From: Patescibacteria group bacterium | Lineage (GTDB): Bacteria; Patescibacteriota; Patescibacteriia; 2-02-FULL-49-11 | Length of the DNA: 64,000 bases | Direction: 5' to 3' | Assembly: GCA_041645165.1 (NCBI GenBank) | Contig: JBAZQN010000006.1 | Location: forward strand, 4,933-68,932 | Part shown: positions 37,661 to 47,741 of the stretch, in pieces | How positions within the stretch are numbered: the stretch's first letter is position 1 | Layout of the letters: each line of letters opens with the position of its first letter | Notes under the pieces: generated by a model | What the model was told of the DNA's origin: nothing | Database searches by the model: none | Seen by the model: only the letters and a program-made list of their open reading frames with translations | Position numbers and translations under genes: made by a program

Positions 37661-37667
37661 CCTTGCA

Positions 37668-38066
37668 TTACTTAATCCTCTCTTTAACCTTTTCTTTCCC
37701 TATTGCCTCATGCTCTCCTTTACCGAGTCGTGCCACTCTCTCTCCCAACACCAAAATGACATGGCTGGTCCTGCGGAGGATGGGATTTGCGCGGCCCATC
37801 GCCCGCGGAAAAGTCCTTTTCAGTGAAGGCCCCCCGTCAACGCGTATCTCCTTCACGTAAAGATTGATAGACTCAAGGTGAAAATTATGTTTCGCGTTCG
37901 CTACACCTGATTCCACAAGCTTTTTCAAAGGCTTTGCGCTATGATGCGCATCAAACGAAAGGAGCGCAATTGCTTTAGTGGCATCGATCCCTTTTATGGT
38001 CTCAGCCACCAGCCGCACCTTCCTTGGCGCCATCCGGAGATACCTTAATTTTGCAGTGATGTCCAT
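37668..38066 (-). CDS. rplV: 50S ribosomal protein L22
   Basis: MDITAKLRYLRMAPRKVRLVAETIKG…. Confidence 0.9.
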   Translation of the reverse strand: MDITAKLRYLRMAPRKVRLVAETIKGIDATKAIALLSFDAHHSAKPLKKLVESGVANAKHNFHLESINLYVKEIRVDGGPSLKRTFPRAMGRANPILRRTSHVILVLGERVARLGKGEHEAIGKEKVKERIK

Positions 38067-38170
38067 ACCCGCCTAAATTTTGCACCAGTCTGGTGCACTT
38101 AATTTCTTAATAACGATTACTCGACCTATTGTATCTCACTATTGTTCCTGCCCGCAAAACTTAGGCGGGC
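38064..38170 (-). repeat. family B TIR element copy B3. Left TIR supplies the rplV ATG; right TIR overlaps the rpsS stop codon.
   Basis: CATacccgcctaaattttgcaccagtctggtgcacttaatttc…cccgcaaaacTTAggcgggc. TTA at 38161-38163 is the rpsS TAA. Confidence 0.75.
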
Positions 38171-38496
38171 TTTTCTTTCTCGTCAGGTTTCGTTTGTGCG
38201 ACTTCTGTCTCCGCCTGTTTCGCTTCGATCTCTCTCTGCATGCGGCCGCCATGTCGCACAAATTTGCGGGTTAGGGAAAATTCCCCCAACCGATGCCCTA
38301 CCATATTCTCCACCACGAGGACTGGCACATGGATTTTGCCGTTATGCACGCCAAACACAAAGCCAACCATTTCCGGGGTAATGACGCTCGCGCGCGCCCA
38401 TGTTTTAATAACCGTTTTATCTCCGGATTTTAATGACTTCACGCGCTGCAAGAGTTTTTGATCTATGTAAGGCCCTTTTTTAAGTGAACGTGACAT
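38161..38496 (-). CDS. rpsS: 30S ribosomal protein S19 (with short K/E-rich C-terminal tail)
   Basis: [16 protein letters not shown]…HNGK…. Confidence 0.9.
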   Translation of the reverse strand: MSRSLKKGPYIDQKLLQRVKSLKSGDKTVIKTWARASVITPEMVGFVFGVHNGKIHVPVLVVENMVGHRLGEFSLTRKFVRHGGRMQREIEAKQAETEVAQTKPDEKEKPA

Positions 38497-38602
38497 ACCC
38501 GCCTAAATTTTGCACATTCTTTAAGTGCATTAATTGATTAATAATTCATTACTCGACATAGAGAATTACCATTTTAGCTACCCGCAAAACTTAGGCGGGC
38601 AT
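38494..38602 (-). repeat. family B TIR element copy B4 abutting the rpsS start (divergent interior)
   Basis: catacccgcctaaattttgcacattctttaagtgcattaattg…cccgcaaaacttaggcgggcat. Confidence 0.7.
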
Positions 38603-38650
38603 ACTCCATAATTTTGGACTTTGGAATTTGGTTTTTGGATTATCAACATA

Positions 38651-39481
38651 TTAACTTCTTTTCTTAACGATAAACCTATTGGTCCATTTCCCTTTATTCC
38701 TGGTAGGAACGCCAAACGCGGGTTTCCCCCACGGAGTTTTGGGAAATTTCATGCCTATGGGATTGTGCCCTTCGCCTCCGCCGTGAGGATGGTCAACCGG
38801 GTTCATCGCCTTGCCGCGTACCTCTGGTCTCCACCCTAAATGACGCATACGGCCTGCCTTACCTAACCTCACTAAACGCTTATCAGGATTAGAAACTTGG
38901 CCCACTGAAGCGCATGCTTCTTTCGGAAAAAGCCGGATTTCCCCCGAGGGCAGCTTCACTTGGGCGAAATCCCCTTCCACGTTCATCACTATTGCATTCG
39001 TACCCGCGGATCGCACTATCTTTCCCCCTTGTCCAGGAACCAGTTCGATATTATACACCGGCTTACCGGTAGGGATATAAGAGAGGGGCATCCGGTTACC
39101 GGGGGTGGCTTCAATCTTGTGCATACTTGACATCACGGTAGTCCCCTGGTGAATATCCACCGGTGCGGGAATATAACGGCGTTCCTTATCAGGATATTCC
39201 ACCAATGCGATTGCGCTTGTCCGATTCGGGTCATATTCTACCGCAATCACTTTCGCAGGCACATCGAATCGGTCTTGGCGAAAATCAATGATCCGGTACA
39301 ACCGCTTATGGCCGCCTCCTCGATGCCGCACGGTGATTTTCCCTTGGGCATTCCTCCCCCCGCTCTTAGAAAGTGGGGTGACCAACGAACGCTCCGGCCG
39401 CTTGTCGGCAAAGCTTGTATGCGGAATGCTTGAGGCGCCGCGCCGTCCGGGACTTGTAGGTTTGTATAATTTTATAGCCAT
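38651..39481 (-). CDS. rplB: 50S ribosomal protein L2
   Basis: MAIKLYKPTSPGRR… and …GGGHKRLYR…. Confidence 0.95.
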   Translation of the reverse strand: MAIKLYKPTSPGRRGASSIPHTSFADKRPERSLVTPLSKSGGRNAQGKITVRHRGGGHKRLYRIIDFRQDRFDVPAKVIAVEYDPNRTSAIALVEYPDKERRYIPAPVDIHQGTTVMSSMHKIEATPGNRMPLSYIPTGKPVYNIELVPGQGGKIVRSAGTNAIVMNVEGDFAQVKLPSGEIRLFPKEACASVGQVSNPDKRLVRLGKAGRMRHLGWRPEVRGKAMNPVDHPHGGGEGHNPIGMKFPKTPWGKPAFGVPTRNKGKWTNRFIVKKRS

Positions 39482-39486
39482 ACCTT

Positions 39487-39610
39487 AATGGAAAATACCA
39501 AACTCTAAATCCTAAATAAATACAAAATTCGAAAATTCAAAAACAAAGTTTCGTCGTTTTTATTTTTTGGATTTGTTTAGAGTTTAGAATTTAGTGCTTA
39601 GGATTTATCA
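39487..39610. repeat. family E low-complexity palindromic spacer
   Basis: aaaataccaaactctaaatcctaaataaatacaaaattcg…ttggatttgtttagagtttagaatttagtgcttaggattt. Confidence 0.6.
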
Positions 39611-39615
39611 CTTTG

Positions 39616-40071
39616 CTACGTCTTTGACGCTGTTGCTAATACATCAATAGTTTTGCCTTTTGGGAGTGTTACTATCGCCTTTTTGTACGATTTTGTATAC
39701 CCATAGTGGCGCCCAAATCGAACTTTCTTGCCTTGATAATTTTGGATGTCAACGGATATTGGCCGCACCCCATAGGCTGCAGTGATTGCCTCTTTGACCG
39801 ATCCCTTGGTTGCGCGCGTATGCACGACAAACACATACTGGCCGAGCGCCGCACAGCGTGTAGACTTTTCTGACACCACAGGCTTCAAGAGCACTGAACC
39901 TCCCTCGCGATACAGAGGATAATCTCTGGGCGCCTTGGACGCTTTGTTACCCTTCTTCGTCTCAGGCTCCTGCGCTTTCTGCTCATCTTTTTGAGGCGCT
40001 TTGTCCTTCGGCGCAGCCCTCTGCACTACTTCATGTTTTCGCTTAAATCGGTCAAAAAAACCCATACTCAC
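39616..40071 (-). CDS. rplW: 50S ribosomal protein L23 (ORF carries a ~55-aa K/E-rich N-terminal extension; a GTG start with a GAGGGAGG Shine-Dalgarno (SD) sequence lies internally)
   Basis: Core …SVLLKPVVSEKSTR…FVVHTRATKGSVKEAI… An internal 'gagggaggttcaGTGctcttgaag' would give a canonical ~95-aa L23. Confidence 0.8.
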   Translation of the reverse strand: MSMGFFDRFKRKHEVVQRAAPKDKAPQKDEQKAQEPETKKGNKASKAPRDYPLYREGGSVLLKPVVSEKSTRCAALGQYVFVVHTRATKGSVKEAITAAYGVRPISVDIQNYQGKKVRFGRHYGYTKSYKKAIVTLPKGKTIDVLATASKT

Positions 40072-40077
40072 TAATGA

Positions 40078-40240
40078 TAAATCCTAAATACTAAACTCTA
40101 AATCCTAAATTGCTCCTGTTGGGTGCCGAACTTTGAATTTCGGTCATTAAGATTTATTTAGGATTTCTCCCGCTCCTTGATTTTTTCTTTCTAAGGTATG
40201 CGGGATCCCGCCTGAGCGGTGAGGATTTAGTGCTTTGTAT
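40078..40240. repeat. family E palindromic spacer plus family H GCGGGATCCCGCC motif
   Basis: taaatcctaaatactaaactctaaatcctaaattg…ggtcattaagatttatttaggattt, then ggtatGCGGGATCCCGCctgagcggtgagg. Confidence 0.55.
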
Positions 40241-40936
40241 TTATTCCTTCTTTTTACGCTTTACTCTGGTACGTTGCGCCAGGATTGGAATAACTCCCGG
40301 AACCATGAGAATCGTCCGGTATCCCGCCACATCTTCAATCGCGACATCATGAGCGCTCACGGTGCGCACGCCGGGCACATTCCTGCTGGCGCGTGTCATC
40401 ACTGCAGAGGACGCCTCCGGGAATACCACCAGCAACTCCTGCCTCTCTTTCGGCAATTGCACGTGCTTCAAATCCTCAATGTGTGCGCGCATTTCACGCA
40501 ACGCTGTCACAAACACCTTCGTTTTCGCTTCATTTAAAATAAATTCCTTTATCACCACGACATGCTTGGACTTGTATTGTGCGGAAAACGCCATTGCCAG
40601 CGCTTTTCGCGCGACCTTCACGTTCACCTTCCGCTCCCAATTGCGTTCATTCCGAGGGCCAAACACCACCCCGCCGCCTTTCCAAATGGGAGATCTGATA
40701 GAACCATGACGCGCGCGTCCGGTTCCTTTCTGGCGCCACGGTTTCTTCCCTCCCCCTCTCACTTCATCGCGCGTTTTGGTGTGTGCGGTTCCCGCGCGCG
40801 TGCTGGAAGCCCGGGAAATAAGCACCCTGTGAAGCAAGGATTTATCTACCTTCACGTCAAAAACCTCCGGAGGCAAATCAAGCTCCTCGGCAACGGTACC
40901 ATCTAAATTGTAGACCTTGGCCTTCTCCATATTCAC
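40241..40936 (-). CDS. rplD: 50S ribosomal protein L4
   Basis: MNMEKAKVYNLDGT…. Confidence 0.9.
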   Translation of the reverse strand: MNMEKAKVYNLDGTVAEELDLPPEVFDVKVDKSLLHRVLISRASSTRAGTAHTKTRDEVRGGGKKPWRQKGTGRARHGSIRSPIWKGGGVVFGPRNERNWERKVNVKVARKALAMAFSAQYKSKHVVVIKEFILNEAKTKVFVTALREMRAHIEDLKHVQLPKERQELLVVFPEASSAVMTRASRNVPGVRTVSAHDVAIEDVAGYRTILMVPGVIPILAQRTRVKRKKKE

Positions 40937-40949
40937 AATGCAAAATGTG

Positions 40950-41555
40950 TTAACCCTGAATAATAACCAAGCTGTTCCTCGCGCCCGGGAGCGCTCCTTT
41001 CACGTACATTAATCCTTGCTCCGGTTCAATTCTCACCACTTTCAATTTTTTCACGCTTACCCGCTCTCCCCCCATCCTCCCTGCCATCCTTGTTCCTTTA
41101 AAAACTCTTTGTACGCCGCCCGCGCCTATGCTCCCGGGCGCGCGGCCGCTGTCCTTATGGCCGTGGGAAGAAGGATGACCGTGAAAATGATGCCGCTTCA
41201 CGACGCCCGCGAATCCTTTGCCTTTTGAAGTGCCTGCCACTGACACCGTGTCACCCGGCTGAAAAATGTCAATCGGAATCTCTTTGCCGCGTGAAATATC
41301 CTTCGCTTCCTCTGCGGTACACTGGAAGGAGCGAAGATACTGGAAATGCGGAAGGTCTTTGAGATGCCCTTGCATTGGCTTGGTGGGATGTTTCACTTTC
41401 CCGTATCCAAGTTGCACCTCGACCGTGTCTTCTGTACGGTTTCTCACCTGCGTCACCGCGCATCCGGAAACATTCACCGCAGTGACCGGTACCGCAGTGC
41501 CATCTTCCTCAAAGAATCGCGTCATATTTAATTTTCTCCCTAAAATCACCTTCAT
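40950..41555 (-). CDS. rplC: 50S ribosomal protein L3
   Basis: MKVILGRKLNMTRFFEEDG… Annotated from the internal ATG. Confidence 0.9.
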   Translation of the reverse strand: MKVILGRKLNMTRFFEEDGTAVPVTAVNVSGCAVTQVRNRTEDTVEVQLGYGKVKHPTKPMQGHLKDLPHFQYLRSFQCTAEEAKDISRGKEIPIDIFQPGDTVSVAGTSKGKGFAGVVKRHHFHGHPSSHGHKDSGRAPGSIGAGGVQRVFKGTRMAGRMGGERVSVKKLKVVRIEPEQGLMYVKGALPGARNSLVIIQG

Positions 41556-41754
41556 AAACTGGTAACACAAACTAAAAACGAATACCACAACCAATACGTT
41601 CAGGGAAGCGGTATTCGCATCGCCAACGAAATACTGGTGTGTTGTGCCTTAAATGGAAACCTCATCTATTGCGCGTTAGTACTATAGGAGGAGGTAACCC
41701 CGCATTTGCGGGGTCGGTCCCCAGAATACCTAACGACAATTGTTTGAAAAGAAT

Positions 41755-42126
41755 CTACAACATTTTTATTTCGACATCTACGCCGGCGGGGAGATTCAAA
41801 TTCATGAGCTCGTCCACCGTCTTTGGTTTTGGATCTATAATATCGATAAGACGCTTATGAACCCTTATTTCGTACTGCTCCCGCGAATTCTTATGCACAA
41901 ACGCAGAACGAATAGTGGTATATTTCGTCTTTTCTGTCGGCAACGGCACCGGCCCTTTCAGCTGCGCGCCTGTCCTCTCTGCGGTTTCGATAATCGTGCG
42001 CGTCGACTGGTCCGCGATTTTATGGTCGTATGCCTTAATCTTAATCCGAATACGCTGCGGACCTTCCACTTCTTTCTCTACCGGCTTTGCCGTCTTTGCG
42101 TGAGTTGTAGGTTGTAATAGAGCCAT
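41755..42126 (-). CDS. rpsJ: 30S ribosomal protein S10 (possible ~20-aa N-terminal over-extension)
   Basis: …[31 protein letters not shown]…. Confidence 0.85.
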   Translation of the reverse strand: MALLQPTTHAKTAKPVEKEVEGPQRIRIKIKAYDHKIADQSTRTIIETAERTGAQLKGPVPLPTEKTKYTTIRSAFVHKNSREQYEIRVHKRLIDIIDPKPKTVDELMNLNLPAGVDVEIKML

Positions 42127-42152
42127 CGCCTAAGAAATCAGATCAACAACGT

Positions 42153-43355
42153 TTATTTATAAATCTTAATTACCGCACCCGCGCCTACCGTGTGCCCGCC
42201 TTCGCGGATCGCGAACCGCTGCTTCTCTTCCAATGCGACCGCTTTCTGAAGCACTACCTTAATCTGTACGGTATCTCCGGGCATCACCATTTCAGTGCCT
42301 TCAGGAAGGATGACCTCGCCGGTCACGTCAGTGGTGCGGATATAGAACTGCGGCTTGTATCCCTTGAAGAATGGCGTATGGCGGCCTCCCTCATCCTTGG
42401 AGAGGATATAGACTTGCCCTTCAAACTCGGTATGGGGCGTGGTGGTGCCGGGCTTGGCAATAACCTGCCCGCGCTCGACATCTTCTTTCTTCAAACCCCT
42501 CATAAGGCATCCTGCATTGTCGCCCGCGCGCCCTTCATCCAGCGACTTGTTGAACATTTCTATTCCCGTAATGACGGTCTTCTGGGTTTCTCTCAAACCA
42601 ACCACCTCGACCTCTTCGTTCACCTTAATAACGCCGCGCTCTACCCTCCCGGTCACGACGGTGCCGCGGCCTTCAATGGAAAAAATATCTTCGATCGGCA
42701 TAAGGAATGGCTGGTCAACCGCCCGCACCGGCTCCGGAATGTATTCATCAAGCGTCTCCGCGAGTTTGAGCACGGCTTTAAAATTCTCGCCGTCTTTATT
42801 GCCCGCGTTTGCCTCTTCAAGCGCTTTGAGCGCTGAGCCCCGTATGATGGGGGTCGTTTCCCCGGGGAATTCATATTTCTTGAGAAGTTCCCTTACCTCT
42901 TCTTCCACTAAATCCACCAAGTCTTTGTCGTCGACTTGGTCCACTTTATTCAAGAAAACAATGATATAGGGAACGCCCACTTGCCGCGCGAGCAAGATGT
43001 GTTCGCGAGTCTGGGGCATGGGGCCGTCAGCGGCGGATACTACAAGAATAGCGCCATCCATTTGGGCAGCGCCTGTAATCATGTTTTTCACGTAGTCCGC
43101 GTGTCCCGGGCAGTCAATGTGCGCGTAGTGACGCTTCGCGGTTTCATATTCCACGTGCGCGGTGTTGATGGTAATGCCGCGCGCTTTCTCTTCCGGCGCA
43201 TTGTCAATCTGATCAACACCCTTCTCCTGCGCGTTGAAACCTGCCACCTTCAGTACTTTCAGCATTGCGGCGGTCAAAGTCGTCTTGCCGTGGTCCACAT
43301 GGCCAATGGTGCCGACGTTGATATGTGGTTTTGTGCGTTCGTATTTGCCTGCCAT
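42153..43355 (-). CDS. tuf: elongation factor Tu
   Basis: [25 protein letters not shown]. Confidence 0.95.
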   Translation of the reverse strand: MAGKYERTKPHINVGTIGHVDHGKTTLTAAMLKVLKVAGFNAQEKGVDQIDNAPEEKARGITINTAHVEYETAKRHYAHIDCPGHADYVKNMITGAAQMDGAILVVSAADGPMPQTREHILLARQVGVPYIIVFLNKVDQVDDKDLVDLVEEEVRELLKKYEFPGETTPIIRGSALKALEEANAGNKDGENFKAVLKLAETLDEYIPEPVRAVDQPFLMPIEDIFSIEGRGTVVTGRVERGVIKVNEEVEVVGLRETQKTVITGIEMFNKSLDEGRAGDNAGCLMRGLKKEDVERGQVIAKPGTTTPHTEFEGQVYILSKDEGGRHTPFFKGYKPQFYIRTTDVTGEVILPEGTEMVMPGDTVQIKVVLQKAVALEEKQRFAIREGGHTVGAGAVIKIYK

Positions 43356-43399
43356 ACGTGTTTAAATTAATGATACTAATAAATTAATTCCCTACTTTA

Positions 43400-43500
43400 A
43401 TGTACTTCTGCGTGCATCTGCGTTACTTTCTGCGTATATCTGCTTCTATGCCTCATAAGATGCGGAAGAACACTGATAATGACGCAGAATAACGCAGAAA
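43400..43500. promoter_or_regulatory. phased TCTGCGT / ACGCAGA repeat array upstream of tuf
   Basis: cttctgcgtgcatctgcgttactttctgcgtat…gacgcagaataacgcagaaag at ~10–12-bp spacing. Same heptamer as upstream of rplU. Confidence 0.4.
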
Positions 43501-43689
43501 GATTGAAATTCCGATACAATAAATATTATGTTTCAAGACCTAAAGCGCTCGTCATAAAGAGAGTCTTTAAATACAGCCCTGATTGTAGCAAGATATTACC
43601 ATTAATGCAAGGGTGTAATTTCCACGGTCTGGCGTTTTATTTAAATAAAGTAAATATTTCTCTAGAATTAGCCAAGAAATACTAAACAC

Positions 43690-43850
43690 TCACTAACTCT
43701 CTTTTACCAGTAATTGCTCACTTACTTAAACCTATAAGCGAAGGAATACCAATTTTTCGAGGATTTAGGCGTATCAAGCGGCTAGGTCGCGTCCGCAGAA
43801 AAATTGTGTATTCCTGAGTGGGAAAGAACCTGAGTGAGCAATTACCCTCT
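43690..43850. repeat. tuf–fusA intergenic element bounded by a 12-bp inverted repeat
   Basis: …ccagtaattgctcacttac … gagtgagcaattaccc…. Confidence 0.35.
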
Positions 43851-45953
43851 CCTCTTCACCCCGCTTCTTGTTTCCTGGATAGCCAGTGCGATCTGCTTGG
43901 GCACTTCTTCATAATGGGAAAATTCCATGGTGTTGGAAGCGCGCCCCTGTGTCATTGAGCGCAGGGTGGTCGCATAGCCGAACATCTCCGCCAGAGGGAC
44001 GAGCGCATCGATAATCTTCACGCCGCTGCGGTCCCGCATCTCTTTGATCTGTCCGCGCTTCGCATTCAAATCTCCTATCACCTCGCCCAGAAATTCTTCC
44101 GGCGTTATTACTTCCACTTTCATGATAGGTTCGAGCAACACGGGCAACGCTCTTTTGCACGCTTCCTGGAACGCGAATGATCCCGCGAGTTTGAATGCCG
44201 CTTCCGATGAATCGACTTCGTGGTACGAACCGTCATACACGGTGACCGTCATGTCAATCACGGGATATCCCGCGACGACGCCGTTCTCAAGCGCTTCTTT
44301 CACGCCCTTCTCAATGGCGGGGATATACTCGCGCGGAATGGACGCTCCTTTTATTTCATCGATGAACTCGTAGCCCTTCCCCCGCTCTTGCGGCGCCACT
44401 CTCAGCCAGCAATGGCCGTATTGCCCGCGCCCGCCTGTCTGCCGGATGTATTTCCCTTCCCCTTCCGCCTCATCTTTGATCGTTTCTTTATATGCCACCT
44501 GCGGCTTGCCCACGGTCGCGCCGACACTGAACTCGCGCTTCATTCTTTCCACAATAATTTCAAGATGCAGCTCACCCATGCCTGAAATAATGGTCTCGAG
44601 CGTTTCCTCGTCTGTCCTGATGCGGAAGGTGGGATCTTCCTCCGCAAGACGCTGGAGCGCGATGCCCATTTTTTCCTGATCCACTTTCGTCTTCGGCTCG
44701 ATCGCGACAGAGATAACCGGCTCGGGAAATACAATGGACTCGAGCAATATAGGATGGTCCGGATCGCACAAGGTATGGCCGGTAGAAGTGCTCTTCAATC
44801 CCACCGCCGCGGCGATCTCTCCTGCAAACACTTCATCCACATCTTCCCGGTGATTCGCATGGAGCCGCACGATCCTGCTGATGCGCTCGCGCTCTCCATT
44901 GCTTACATTGAGGACGTATGATCCTGAGGTCAGGTGCCCGGCATACACGCGGAAAAAAGTGAGTTTTCCCACATAGGGGTCAGCCGCAACCTTAAAGGCA
45001 AGCGCAGTAAACGGCTCATCATCCGATGCCTTGCGTGAAACCGCGGCGCCGGTCTTGGGATCAGATGCCACTAAATCAGGCACATCCAAAGGAGAAGGAA
45101 GATATTCCACGATTGCGTCAAGAAGGAATTGCACTCCTTTATTTTTCAGCGCAGAACCGCAAAGGATGGGGATAATCTTGCACTGGATCACTGCCTTTCT
45201 CAATACTGCTTTTAATTCCCCCAAGGCGGGCTCCTTGCCTTCCAAGTACTGGCGCATGAGGGTATCGTCATTTTCCACTATTGCCTCAATGAGCGCGTGG
45301 CGCGCGGTTTCCGCAACTTTGCTTAATTCAGCGGGGATTTCTTCTTCAGTAATTTCCTTACCCCATTCGTCATGGTACAGGTATGCCTTGCGAGTAAGGA
45401 GATCAATGATGCCTTTGAATTTTTCCTCATCTCCGATGGGGATCTGGAGCGGGTACGCATTCTTGGCGAGCCTTGTGTGTATGCTCTTCACGTCCGCCCA
45501 AAAATCCGCGCCCATCCGGTCGAGCTTATTGATGAAACACATGCGGGGCACATTGTAGCCGTCCGCATAACGCCAGTTCGTCTCGCTTTGCGGTTCCACT
45601 CCTGCCACGCCGTCAAACACCACGACGGCGCCGTCAAGCACCCTCAAACTTCTCTTCACTTCCACGGTAAAGTCAATGTGGCCCGGAGTATCGATGAGGT
45701 TCAGCCGGTGCTTATTGCCAGGATCGGACGTCGGCGCCCAGAAACAAGTCGTCGCGGCAGCGGTAATGGTGATGCCGCGCTCCTTCTCCTGCTCCATCCA
45801 GTCCATTTCAGCCGCGCCTTCATGGACCTCCCCGATCTTATGCTTCTTGCCAGTATAAAACAGCACGCGTTCAGACACGGTGGTTTTTCCCGCGTCAATG
45901 TGGGCGATAATGCCGAAATTTCTCGTTTTCTCTAATGAATATTCCCGTGGCAT
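43842..45953 (-). CDS. fusA: elongation factor G
   Basis: [17 protein letters not shown], domains II–V. Confidence 0.95.
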   Translation of the reverse strand: MPREYSLEKTRNFGIIAHIDAGKTTVSERVLFYTGKKHKIGEVHEGAAEMDWMEQEKERGITITAAATTCFWAPTSDPGNKHRLNLIDTPGHIDFTVEVKRSLRVLDGAVVVFDGVAGVEPQSETNWRYADGYNVPRMCFINKLDRMGADFWADVKSIHTRLAKNAYPLQIPIGDEEKFKGIIDLLTRKAYLYHDEWGKEITEEEIPAELSKVAETARHALIEAIVENDDTLMRQYLEGKEPALGELKAVLRKAVIQCKIIPILCGSALKNKGVQFLLDAIVEYLPSPLDVPDLVASDPKTGAAVSRKASDDEPFTALAFKVAADPYVGKLTFFRVYAGHLTSGSYVLNVSNGERERISRIVRLHANHREDVDEVFAGEIAAAVGLKSTSTGHTLCDPDHPILLESIVFPEPVISVAIEPKTKVDQEKMGIALQRLAEEDPTFRIRTDEETLETIISGMGELHLEIIVERMKREFSVGATVGKPQVAYKETIKDEAEGEGKYIRQTGGRGQYGHCWLRVAPQERGKGYEFIDEIKGASIPREYIPAIEKGVKEALENGVVAGYPVIDMTVTVYDGSYHEVDSSEAAFKLAGSFAFQEACKRALPVLLEPIMKVEVITPEEFLGEVIGDLNAKRGQIKEMRDRSGVKIIDALVPLAEMFGYATTLRSMTQGRASNTMEFSHYEEVPKQIALAIQETRSGVKRRG

Positions 45954-46161
45954 ACCCGCCTAAATTTTGCACTTCATTAAGTGCATAATATGGTAATAAG
46001 GAATGAATCGACCAAATGAATCTATACCTAGTGCCGTTACAATTTAATTCGGCTATAACTGATATGCTTATTTTACCATCTGTATTGAAATACTAATCTC
46101 TTGCGTGTCGCAAAACTTAATTGTAACGGTACTAGTTCATGCCCGCAAAACTTAGGCGGGC
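45951..46161 (-). repeat. family B TIR element copy B5 (long, ~211 bp) abutting the fusA start
   Basis: catacccgcctaaattttgcacttcattaagtgcataat … gttcatgcccgcaaaacttaggcgggc. Confidence 0.7.
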
Positions 46162-46618
46162 GAATATGAAGTTTGATGGTGAAGCTCCACGGCTTTATAG
46201 CCGTGGCATCTTCACGTTCTTCGGCGGAACCCGCCGAAGCGTATCCGCCTTCGCTTGGAGGCTACGGCGGATTACCCGCATCGCATTCATCCACCCCGCC
46301 ATGGCGGGGTGGCTTTCTGCGGAGGCGGGTAAAAAAATAAATCCTCCCCTTCTCTCTCCCTCCTTCTCCTTCCGCAATCGTGCGTGAGCGCATGAACCTT
46401 CACTTGATGATCGGGGTAAACTGATTTTCGCAGCGATTTTTCTTCAGCGAGAGCTGCGCTTGCGAAACCCTCCGCAACCGGCCCCAGCACGGTCTCTGAT
46501 GTCAGTCGGAGTGGGGCTGGTGAGGCGGAGTGCGGTCCCGCGCTGGCGGGACCGACACGTGTTTCGCAATGTGCAACTCGAGCGACTGCGTGAGTCCATC
46601 ATCGGCAATCCCGAGCGT
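46162..46618. other. GC-rich hairpin-dense non-coding region between rpsG and fusA (candidate structured RNA or element remnant)
   Basis: Stems ccacggctttatagccgtgg, cggcggaacccgccgaag, cccgccatggcgggg. No credible ORF. Conventional str operons have a ≤100-bp rpsG–fusA gap. Confidence 0.4.
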
Positions 46619-47089
46619 CTACCCATAGCGGGCGAAATGCGCAAACGCGCGGTTCGCTTCCGCCATTCTCTGCATATCCATTTTCTTTTTCATGGCCGCG
46701 CCCTCACCCTTCGCCGCCTCCTGCAGCTCTTCCAGAAGTTTCTTGTGCATCGGTTTTCCTTTCCGGGCTCTTGAGGCATCAATAATCCACCGGAACGCGA
46801 GCGTGTTCCTGCGGTCGGGATTTACGGGAAATGGAATTTGATAGTTGGCGCCCCCAATCCTGCGCGGCCGTATTTCCAGCGCCGGCCCTACATTCTTCAT
46901 GGCCATATCAAACACCGTGAGCGGGTCAGCGCCTGCGCTTTTAATGGCATCAAACGTGCGGTAGAGCACATTTTGCGCGGTTGATTTCTTCCCGCGCCGC
47001 ATGAGGTAATTGATGAATTTCGCAATCGTCACCGATCCAAACTTTGGATCCGGCGCAATTTTTCTCTTTGGTGCTTTCTTTCCACGCAT
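46619..47089 (-). CDS. rpsG: 30S ribosomal protein S7
   Basis: MRGKKAPKRKIAPDPKFGS…ANRAFAHF…. Confidence 0.9.
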   Translation of the reverse strand: MRGKKAPKRKIAPDPKFGSVTIAKFINYLMRRGKKSTAQNVLYRTFDAIKSAGADPLTVFDMAMKNVGPALEIRPRRIGGANYQIPFPVNPDRRNTLAFRWIIDASRARKGKPMHKKLLEELQEAAKGEGAAMKKKMDMQRMAEANRAFAHFARYG

Positions 47090-47094
47090 AATAA

Positions 47095-47195
47095 CTAAAT
47101 CAAAATGCAAAATGCAAATCTCAAAATGATGGTATTACGTCCCGCTGAGGCGGGACTCCATAATTTTGATTTTTGGACTTTGATTTTTGGATTAG
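47095..47195. repeat. family D hairpin element copy D4
   Basis: aaatcaaaatgcaaaatgcaaatctcaaaatgatggtattacGTCCCGCtgagGCGGGACtccataattttgatttttggactttgatttttgg. Confidence 0.65.
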
Positions 47196-47200
47196 CATTT

Positions 47201-47626
47201 TCATTTCTTCGCCTTCTCCCGCTTCGCGCCGTACCGCGACCTTCCCTGTTTCCTCGCCTGCACGCCGCCGGTATCATAGACTCCCCGCACAATATGATAG
47301 CGCACCCCGGGCAAATCCTTTACCCTGCCGCCGCGCACCAATACAATGGAGTGTTCCTGCAAATTATGCCCCTCGCCGGGGATGTACACAGTCGCTTCTT
47401 CGCCGTTCGAGAGCCTCACGCGGGCGATCTTCCGTAAAGCAGAGTTCGGTTTCTTGGGCGTCATGGTGGTCACCTTGAGGCACACCCCGCGCTTATAGGG
47501 GTTTCCTTTATCAAGCGTTTTCCTTCTGCGCGTAAGCACGTTAAACACCGTCTGCATGGCAGGCGATTTGGTCTTGCGCTTGAGGCTCTTCCGCCCTTGG
47601 CGGACTAATTGGTTAATGGTCGGCAT
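47201..47626 (-). CDS. rpsL: 30S ribosomal protein S12
   Basis: [14 protein letters not shown]…[10 protein letters not shown]…. Confidence 0.95.
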   Translation of the reverse strand: MPTINQLVRQGRKSLKRKTKSPAMQTVFNVLTRRRKTLDKGNPYKRGVCLKVTTMTPKKPNSALRKIARVRLSNGEEATVYIPGEGHNLQEHSIVLVRGGRVKDLPGVRYHIVRGVYDTGGVQARKQGRSRYGAKREKAKK

Positions 47627-47741
47627 AAAAAATCGGTATAAGACGATAAGTCCTATACGTCCTTATCATATGACCTATACGACTTAAGTTACTTATTACG
47701 CTTTATAATTTACCAATTCTTTTAAAAAGTGTCAAACTGCC

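Noticed and set aside
43479-43685. 68-aa ORF in the tuf–fusA spacer.
   Set aside because: AT-rich, no motif, lies across the putative inverted-repeat element. Likely non-coding.
46139-46644. Short ORFs (60–104 aa) in the rpsG–fusA spacer.
   Set aside because: They overlap perfect hairpins and have skewed Arg/Ala/Gly composition. The region was interpreted as structured non-coding DNA.
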